Assembly (NCBI GenBank): GCA_965233585.1
Contig: CBDDTI010000187.1
Location: 1-11,644, forward strand
Reading direction: 5' to 3'
DNA from: a bacterium
GTDB taxonomy: Bacteria; SAR324; NAC60-12
Length of the DNA: 11,644 bases
The notes below the pieces were generated by a model. The model was not told the origin of the DNA and searched no databases. It was given only the letters and a program-made list of their open reading frames with translations. Numbering within the stretch: position 1 is the stretch's first letter; each line of letters opens with the position of its first letter. Position numbers and translations under genes: made by a program. Below are positions 1-7,507 of the stretch, piece after piece.

Positions 1-130
1 CTATTGCCTGGCAAGGTGAACACAACTTTGCTCTTGGCAAATGTAACGGACAAAGACGAGGGTAGGTACACCTGTAAAGCACAAAATGCTGGTGGCGATT
101 ATAAAGCCAGGATAAACATAACAGTTAAAA
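1..130 (+). CDS. Exon (5' part outside window) encoding the C-terminal half of an Ig I-set-like domain of a multi-Ig host protein
   Basis: Frame 1 reads LLPGKVNTTLLLANVTDKDEGRYTCKAQNAGGDYKARINITVK, with the Ig motif L-x-x-V-x-x-x-D-x-G-x-Y-x-C-x-A-x-N. It ends AAA A|GTAAGT, a consensus donor at 131, phase 1. Confidence 0.9.
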
Positions 131-267
131 GTAAGTGAATGACAATTACCATGTACAGTGTATCAACCATCAAGGGCATTAGAAATTATTTTGCTTGCTT
201 TTCTCAGCAGCATACTGCTTAATAAAAAAAGGTAAAGATGGCTGCATTTTAGTTAATTTCTAAGGAG

Positions 268-582
268 GGGTTGAGTCAGGGAAAGAAAAAGAAAAGACTC
301 AAGTTCCGAAACCTAATGTAAGACCCCAGTGGACTCGAAAACTAATACCAATGACCCTCACCAAATCTCAAAAACAGAGACCCAAGACCCCCACTGAAAC
401 CCAAAAGCTAAGACTTCAAACTCCCACACCTAGTCTCAAAAACAGAGACCTTAAAGACCCCCTCCAAATCTCAAAAGGCAAGACTTAGGACCCTATCAGG
501 TCTGACGTTTTTGAGATTCAGAGTGGGCAGATTAGACTTAAAGTCCTATTCTTAGGTATTAATGGTCTTAAGTGTTGAGACA
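268..582. repeat. Degenerate short-period repeat element (TCTCAAAAACAGAGACC / AAGACCCC units), partly inverted at the right end; probably a decayed non-autonomous DNA element
   Basis: TCTCAAAAACAGAGACC at about 366 and 434; CCAAATCTCAAAA at 361 and about 464; reverse-complement TTTTGAGATT at about 509; GGTCTTAAGTGTTGAGACAC near 564-582. Boundaries are approximate. Confidence 0.5.
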
Positions 583-803
583 CATCAAAATTTAATCGTG
601 TGGAGAGATAATATGCTTATTTTCTGTAACAAAACTTAAAGTAGTCGTCGTCAACTTTGGGTCTACCTAGCTCTAAGGGTTTTTTTATTTATTCCACCTC
701 TGTTTTAACCAGCAATGATTTCATACGTGTGGTTTGGCCTTGGTTTGAAAAAGATGACAACCTTTTCATTTCTTAAGGGAGGCTGCTTGTGCATGTTTGA
801 CTG

Positions 804-2687
804 TATTGTACTAGACTACGATTAGTCGCGCTTTCACTCAGTCCATCCTGCATGACACAAAGGAAAACTGTAAGAAAAAAATGGCCATGCAAACTCCTGG
901 GGGTGAGAAGCACATGAAAAGAGGGACTACCTGCTAAGCCAGAGAGTTTGACCTGTCACGGCCAAGTGATTTTTCAGTGTAAATTTTCAATCACATTACA
1001 TGTATCCGATAGGATTCCTTATCTTGACCTCCTCGCACTATCATCTATTTTCACCGACCTCGAGAGATGTTTTGAATAAAATCGCCCCTATCTGCAATTC
1101 AAGTAGCGAGACAAAACCAATATGTGTGTTAGGGTAAGCCAATATCTTTGTTACAAAACTGCTTTCGAAAATAAGACGGCAAAAGAAGCATCTTGTAACG
1201 GTTTTTTGCCATGTCTGCCGGTTTAAATTTAAAAGTTACAGGAAAATCATATATTTCAACCTAGAATTTACATTATGTGCTTGTCATAGGAGATCATCAG
1301 GGTCCTCCAACTGCTGGGACATGTTTACCGATAGAAGCAGAAAGTTTCAAGTGAAAATTGGGCTCAATCTTTTAAAGTGTATATGACATGAAAAATATTT
1401 TCTGCTTCTTTGAAAGGCCTTTCAAAATACAGAAGAATGGCGTTTTTCTTTTTGAAATATCTTTTTTCGTTTTAGAGATATTGACGTTTTTCTATTATGC
1501 AAATTAGATCATTTTGTTTGCAACTAAAAAATGGTAAAATACTGAATAAAAGATATCTCTGGAAATATTGAAGCAGTGTTCTTGAGACTTGGCACCATAA
1601 ATGTGCATCACAAAAGAAACAAAATTACACCCTGAATGGTGTTGCCATAGCAACTCTTTCGGCTCCAGTCTCTTTCTGTCCAAAAAACAAATATCCCCAT
1701 TTGCAACCCCTAAAATGAGACAAAGGGTGCTACTTGGCACAGACATCGTTCCCATAAATTATTGTCTTAACTCCCATCAATAGGTTGTGTGGGGTAGATG
1801 GTTCTTGGTTTAAGACAAAAACTGGGAATTTTAGTTTTTATTAAGACAATACCAGTGGCCAAACTGTTGCCATGGCAATGGCATTAAGGGTGTCATTGTG
1901 TTTCTTTTGTGATGCACATTTATGGTGCCAAGTTTCAAGAACACTGCTTCAATACATGTATTTCCAGAGATATCGTTTGTTCAGTATTTTACCATTTTTA
2001 GTTACAAACAATATGACATCATCACTGATCTAATTTGCATAATAGAAAAACGTCACTATCTCTAAAATGAAAAAAGATATTTCAAAAAGAAAAACGCCAT
2101 TCTTCTGTATTTTGAAAGGCCTGTCAAATAAGCAGAAAATATTTTTCATGTCATATGCACTTTAAATGGAGAGCAGAAAGGCCAAGCTTAGTCAATTCAT
2201 ATTTATGCAATAATTGTTCTTTGACAATGTTGTTAACCTGGTGCTGAGCACATAGAAATTACTATCACGCTTGCATTCAGGTTCGAGATAAAAATCTTTG
2301 CCAGACAAAATGCTAATTTTAAATTTAACTCTTTACTTACATGTACATGTAGCTTGTTGGCAAAATTGCAAAAACATCACGGCTCGTGAGACAATTACAA
2401 TGCTTTGATTTAATTGTGTTCCTATCTTCAGAGAGCGAGATAAAACATTCCTGCAAGAAGTCACACATATTTCAAATGTTGACAACGCTTCTAACATAAG
2501 TCAATCATATTTTTGCGTTGTGAGAGCAACGCATAATTCAAACTTTTGGGCTTGGACTGTGGTCCCTCCTTTTGTGCGTGTCTAGCCTCAGGATTTCACA
2601 CGGCCATTTTTTTTTTTGCTCATGATTTTCTTTCACATCATGCATAACTGGCTAAGCAAAAGAGGGACTACTCATAGAAGTACAATA
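804..2687. mobile_element. Old non-autonomous DNA transposon (MITE-like) with about 130-bp imperfect TIRs; hosts a nested MITE
   Basis: The left end TATTGTACTAGACTACGATTAGTC...AAAAAAATGGCC...CCTG...AAAAGAGGGACTAC (804-930) aligns with the reverse complement of about 2555-2687 (TATTGTACTTCTATGAGTAGTCCC...AAAAAAATGGCC...CCTG...AAAAGGAGGGACCAC). No coding capacity. Confidence 0.7.
1376..2161. mobile_element. Palindromic MITE with about 280-bp inverted arms and TTAA target duplication; Kolobok-like (AG...CT termini)
   Basis: TTAA(1372-1375)|AGTGTATATGACATGAAAAATATTTTCTGC ... GCAGAAAATATTTTTCATGTCATATGCACT|TTAA(2162-2165). Arms 1376-1654 and 1866-2161 are near-perfect reverse complements. TTAA TSD with purine-purine ends fits Kolobok better than piggyBac (CC ends). 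Confidence 0.88.
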
Positions 2688-2925
2688 ATTTATTGCCATG
2701 CATGCGCAATACTTGAACCCAATGCACATATATGTGTCAACCATGATAAGTGTGTGCATACAATTTTTATTCATGAATTGTAATAAGTGGAAAACAATTT
2801 CATGGCTATGTTGTTTTGAATTTAACCAAGTTAGCATGTTTGTTTGGTCTTTAAAGGAACATAAAGAATTGCAAAATTTATGTACGTGTAAATAACAAAT
2901 TCACTTAATTCTCTTGCTTATCAAG

Positions 2926-3177
2926 CTCCACCCGAACTGGATCCTGAACTCAGGAATCTTTCTGTTGCATTGAACTCTAAGTTTGATAAAAAATGCATTG
3001 TGAGGGGTGATCTTCCACTACAGATCAACTGGACTAAGAATGGTGTGGATCTTGGTAACCGAAACAAGAACACATACTTTTTTGTTAATATGACTTTAAA
3101 CGACACTGGCTTGTATGGATGTACAGCCACAAACTGGGCAGGACAGGCACAAACTTCTTTTTGGATTGATGTAACAG
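2926..3177 (+). CDS. Internal exon (252 nt, phase 1-1) encoding one complete Ig I-set-like domain of the same host gene
   Basis: Acceptor TTCTCTTGCTTATCAAG|; reads (T)PPELDPELRNLSVALNSKFDKKCIVRGDLPLQINWTKNG...MTLNDTGLYGCTATNWAGQAQTSFWIDVT with the C...W...DxGxYxC signature; donor ACAG|GTAAGG at 3178. Splices in frame to exon 1..130. Confidence 0.92.
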
Positions 3178-3460
3178 GTAAGGCATATATGACTTCTGAT
3201 TCTATCAGTTACTGAACTGAGTGAATGGCAATTTTATTCAGTTGTGCAGACCTGGCAATTGTTCCAATCAAGTGATGGCCTCACTTGTTTTCTCACATTT
3301 ATACCTTAAGTTGGAAATTTAACATCATTGCCTAATTTCATACCACATGGGAGACTGGCGCTACCAGATTTTTTTGTTTTTTTCCGAATTTAGTATGGAG
3401 GAAAACTGTACAACAAGTTAACGATCATCAATGGTCTTGTGCTAATAAATACTCCAAAAA

Positions 3461-3631
3461 CATACATACATACATACATACATACATACATACATACATA
3501 CATACATACATACATACATACATACATACATACATACATACATACATACATACATACATACATACATACATACATACATACATACATACATACATACATA
3601 CATACATACATACATACATGCATACATACAT
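3461..3631. repeat. (CATA)n / (TATG)n tetranucleotide microsatellite, about 42 units
   Basis: Directly visible; one interruption (CATG at 3617-3620). Confidence 0.99.
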
Positions 3632-4690
3632 TAAGTCCTAAACTGTTTGAGTTTGTGTTTGAGTTTGTGTTTAAACATAGATAGGGTGTGAGCCTTCCTA
3701 GTAGCCTCCGGTAATTTGTTCCATGTATTAGGGGCCACATGACGAAAAGAGTGAAGACCAAATCTTGTTGTTCTAACAGCTGATGGTTTCAGTTTGGCAT
3801 AACCTCTCAGATCATAGAAACCAGCAACACGCGCCTGTAGATAAGTTCATAAGTACGACGGTGCAGCACCCTGCAAGCATTTATACACAGTAACTAACAT
3901 ATTCTGTATTCTCCTTTGTTCCAATGTGACCGTATGTAGTTTGCGTAGTAACTATTCATAGGTACTAGACTGATCGTCTAAAACTTGTCGGAGTGCCTGC
4001 TTATTAAGCTGTTCGAGCTTATCTTTACTATGTGCGCTGCAGTGGTGCCACATATCGCTACAATATTGGAACGCCGGTTGTATGAAAGCGTTATATAGTC
4101 TTTGCCTCGTCTTCCTACTTACTAGCCGCTTGATGACTTGGAGCTGCTTATTCACTTTACTACAGACAACCGAGACATGCTTATCCAAAGTAAGTTTAGA
4201 GTCAATATTTACACTTAACAGATCAATATCATCGCTTTTCTTAATATGTGTTCCATTAACTACAAACGAAAAGTCTTGATCTGTACTACCAAGAGTGATC
4301 GATTGAAATTTTTCAGGCCATAAGTCCATTATGTTTAAACCAATCCACTGCAATACAAAGTTCGTCAATCAACTTATTATAAAGAGCTACATGATCACTA
4401 TCTGAACTGTAAAGTTGCTGATCATCAGCATAGGCATTAAGCTTAACTCTAGTTATAAAATATGACAGATCGTTAAGAAATACATTAAATAATAGAGGTC
4501 CAAGGACACTTCCTTGTGGTACACCTCTCCGATTGAAATCCCACGAAGACACTGCATCGCCAACTTTGACCCGTTGAAGCCTGCCCTGTAGGTAATTCTG
4601 CAGCAGCAAACAGCTCTGTTCATCCACACCATATGCCTGCAACTTCCTAACTAGTAACGAGTGGGGGAGGCTGTCAAAAGCCTTCAGAGA
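3631..4690 (-). mobile_element. 5'-truncated CR1-group (L2/Crack/CR1-like) LINE; decayed RT and ORF2 C-terminus
   Basis: The minus strand reads KAFDSLPH...GVPQGSVLGPLLFNVFLNDL...YADD (4421-4432)...WFKHNGLM, a frameshift at about 4316, then PEKFQ...IDSKLTLDKHV...YCSDMWHHC. After in-frame stops (3952-3954, 3847-3849) it continues RTTRFGLHSFRHVAPNTWNKLP...LSMFKHKL to a final TAA at 3631-3633. The 3' UTR may extend through the microsatellite to about 3368. Confidence 0.9.
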
Positions 4691-4945
4691 GAAATACATA
4701 TGTAACTGTGCCGGGAGGGCTAATGGAAGAAATAACTTTAAGAAGCAAGTCATTTGCTGAAAGTGTTGGATATCTGGGAAAAGGAGAGATTTGGAGGATT
4801 TGTCAACTATTAAATTTACAGTTAGCCAGCAGCCTTCCACTCCCAAGCAAGAACGTTTGCATTGTGCTGCAGTACTCTGTGCAAATTCCTGGCAAACAGC
4901 TGAAAAAGGGCCAAAACTGGTTTTCGACAAAACATTGACCCTGCC

Positions 4946-5076
4946 TGTAAGAACAAACATCCAAAGATGGCTGACAACTTCAAGTGTGTTTATTCCATGT
5001 GCTTAGTCAACTGACATGCATCATGACTGACTAGGGAGTGGAAAGTAAACTTGTCACATTTTATACATGTTTCACA
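4946..5076 (-). repeat. Probable 3' LTR (131 bp, TGT...ACA) of the Gypsy element, preceded by a polypurine tract at 5077-5088
   Basis: Minus strand: AGAAGGGTAGGA|TGTGAAAC...GGAATAAACAC...TTCTTACA, i.e. PPT, TG start, AATAAA and CA end, downstream of the integrase remnant. The partner LTR is not in the window, so this is unconfirmed. Confidence 0.6.
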
Positions 5077-6605
5077 TCCTACCCTTCTGGAAAAGAAGCA
5101 CAATTTGAACCTAAATAAATGTCACTGTCTTTGGTTAAAAAAAAGTCAGTTCCAATCTTCTGCCAAGGAAGCAATGGTGGTACAGAGGGCTTCAGTGGCT
5201 CAGAGGGTTGCCACTTGGCATAGTCTGCACACACACTACAATTGGTGACCATTTGCTCAATTTCCACTGACATGACAGGCCAAAATAATACCTCTCTGGC
5301 TCTTTGTCTGCATTTGACTATTCCTAAATGACTGTTGTCGATCTGACGGAGCATTTCAGGCCTAAGAGACTTTAAGAAAATTAGGGTTGTTCGTTTGAAA
5401 AGGAGCCCATCCGCTGTGGCAACTTCATCTCAAAATTTCCAGTACAGTCTTGCCTCTACAGGAACTTGTACTTTTGTGTCTGGCCATCCATTTTTCACTA
5501 CTGAGAGAACTGCTTGCAGCTCAGGATCTATCTTTGTTTCCTTCTGGAATTCTTCATAGCGTTCATCTGAGACTGACAGGACTAGATTAATCGCATTGAA
5601 TTCTTTGTCAGCTCCACTGCCATCATTGTGCACAGGTGCTTCGCTTAAGGTGTCTATACCAGGACTTAATTGCTTGCTTCCAGGAATGTAGCATATCTTG
5701 ACATCAGACCCACATACATTGATAATCATTTTCTGAAGTCTCAGTGGTAATTATGATAAAGGCTTGGTACTGATGGCTTGGAGAGGCTTATGATCTGTCT
5801 TCATCATGACACTTCTGCCATAGATGTCCGGATGAAACTTGCGACTAGCGAAAACAACTGCTAAGCATTTCGGTTTCAATTGGGGCATTAACCTTGTTTC
5901 AATGTCAGTAAGCACTTGCAAGGCGTAACACATGGGTTTGTTGTCTTGTTACAGCACTGCTCCCAGCCCCTTTCCACTGGCATCACATTGAATAGTTACT
6001 GGCTTATTCACATTGTAGTATTGAAGTACTGGAGCTTGTGACACAAGCTGCTAAATCTTCCTGAAGCTCTCCATCTGTGGATATAGTCCCAGTGGAACAA
6101 TTAATAAATCTGATTTCTCTAGCTCTAGCAACTACAGTGGACAGTCTAGGCAGATACGTGCTCAGAAACTGTACCAAGCTAAGGAGCCATTTCACATCTT
6201 CCTTTGTCTTTGGTTCTGGCATCTCATGAATGGCTTTAAGCTTCTGGGGATCAGTCTACAGGCCCTCTGTGCATGGTGAGCAGATGTCCTATGTAAGGCA
6301 CTTTCCTCTGGCAGATTTTGCATTGCTCTTTGTCTAGTTTTAAGCCCTTTTTTGATGCTCTTTCCAGAAATTTCTTCAATTATTCATCTTGTGTTGCTTC
6401 ATCTCCTGCAACGATTAGATCATCCATTATGACCTTAACACCATGCAGGTCTTGAACCATATGGTCCTTGGCTTTTTGCATGGAAGATTTCTGGGGCACA
6501 TTTGTGAACCTGTAACAACCAATTGGAGTTTTGAAGGTGCATAGAAGCGAGGACTCTTCATCTAACTTTAGCTGCCAGAAGCAGCTTTTGGCATCGAGAC
6601 AGTAA
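4946..6605 (-). mobile_element. Degenerate Ty3/Gypsy LTR retrotransposon: RT - RNase H - integrase N-terminus, heavily frameshifted
   Basis: LDAKSCFWQLKLDEESSLLCTFKTP (about 6520-6598); VIMDDLIV (IMDD at 6419-6430); MPEPKTKEDVKWLL; IQCDASGKGLGAVL and TDHKPL (RNase H); SHLGIVKCRQRAREVLFWPVM...CSVC (integrase Zn finger); PWQKIGTDFF. The RT-RH-INT order is Gypsy-type. Confidence 0.92.
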
Positions 6606-7041
6606 GACGTGCCGTTCCGCGCTCTGCTCGAAAAGTATCTAAAATGGCCTCAAAGTTTTTAGTATGAGTATTCTGCGCTCAGGAAAGAAGTTTAAAGTTC
6701 AGTCTACTATGTTGGCGGAAAATGTTGTGGAGCTGAGTCGTCTGGTGAAAAGTCTTGCAGAAAAAATCGATAAGTTAGAAGCTTCGAGCCAAAGTCACCA
6801 TGATACTATCTTAACGAAGCTGGCAAAGCTTGAAACTGCAACGAGTGAATTATCCGCAGGTTTAGAAGGAATGAATGAAGAAATGGAAGCAGTAAAACAA
6901 ACCTTGCAGAAGAAAAATGGTGAAACAGAGAATTAACTCTGAAGTGTAAATTAAGTGCTATTTGAACCCATGAATAACCCACTGGGCGTTAGCCCTAGTA
7001 AAGGGAATCAGGAAACCACAAGAGGTAAAGAAAAAATCTTT

Positions 7042-7115
7042 TGACCTCGGTGGGAATCGAACCCACGACCTCCGGATTAGATCTACCGTTACTCTGCCGA
7101 CTGAGCTACGAGGTC
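7042..7115 (-). tRNA. tRNA-like gene (repeat-borne, non-canonical anticodon arm; probably pseudo/derived), copy 1
   Basis: Reverse complement of 7423-7496; followed on the minus strand by AAAGATTTTTT. Confidence 0.75.
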
Positions 7116-7422
7116 GGACAGAGAAAGTCGGGGACGATTTAGGTGGTGAATCGCGGCGAAGAGAAAGTAAGGGTACATATGAATGTTTTGCCGCGTAGCA
7201 CTATGAACACAAATGGTGAAACAGAGAATTAACTCTGAAGTGTAAATTTAAGTGCTATTTGAACCCATGAATAACCCACTGGGCGTTAGCCCTAGTAAAG
7301 GGAATCAGGGAACCACACGAGGTAAAGAAAAAATCTTTTGACCTCGGTGGGAATCGTGTGGTTCCCTGATTCCCTTCTTCGCCGCGATTCACCACCTAAA
7401 TCGTCCCCGACTTTCTCTGTCC

Positions 7423-7496
7423 GACCTCGTAGCTCAGTCGGCAGAGTAACGGTAGATCTAATCCGGAGGTCGTGGGTTCGATTCCCACCGAGGTCA
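7423..7496 (+). tRNA. tRNA-like gene (74 nt), copy 2; possibly Arg(TCT)-derived, anticodon not reliably assignable
   Basis: Acceptor GACCTCG/CGAGGTC plus A; D arm GCTC-AGTCGGCA-GAGT; T arm GTGGG-TTCGATT-CCCAC; A box TAGCTCAGTCGG and B box GGTTCGATTCC intact. The anticodon arm ACGGT-AGATCTAA-TCCGG has mismatches and no U33. Confidence 0.75.
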
Positions 7497-7501
7497 AAAG
7501 A

Positions 7502-7507
7502 TTTTTT
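7502..7507 (+). terminator. Pol III terminator (T6) 5 nt downstream of the tRNA-like gene
   Basis: GAGGTCA-AAAGA-TTTTTT; the same run is present for the minus-strand copy (A6 at about 7031-7036). Confidence 0.65.

Noticed and set aside
290..500. CRISPR-like repeat array
   Set aside because: Repeats are degenerate and irregularly spaced, in a eukaryotic intron with no cas genes.
1504..1783. Short ORFs inside the palindromic MITE
   Set aside because: No transposase motifs; chance ORFs in a non-coding element.
3390..3761. ORFs with MYVC / HTYI repeats
   Set aside because: Translations of the (CATA)n microsatellite.
4687..4960. N-terminal part of the 215-aa minus-strand ORF as LINE protein
   Set aside because: RT similarity starts only at KAFD (about 4686); the upstream part is read-through of unrelated sequence.
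4791..5006. Possible further host exon after TTTACAG (about 4820)
   Set aside because: No Ig or other recognisable motif, no good donor site, and it runs into the candidate LTR.
7085..7170. HDV-like ribozyme (GG, hairpin CGATTTA/TGAATCG, then GGCGAA)
   Set aside because: Convincing P1/P2/P3 pairings could not be built upstream.
7423..7496. Amber-suppressor (CTA) tRNA reading
   Set aside because: Centring CTA in a 7-nt loop gives no anticodon stem; the anticodon cannot be assigned confidently.
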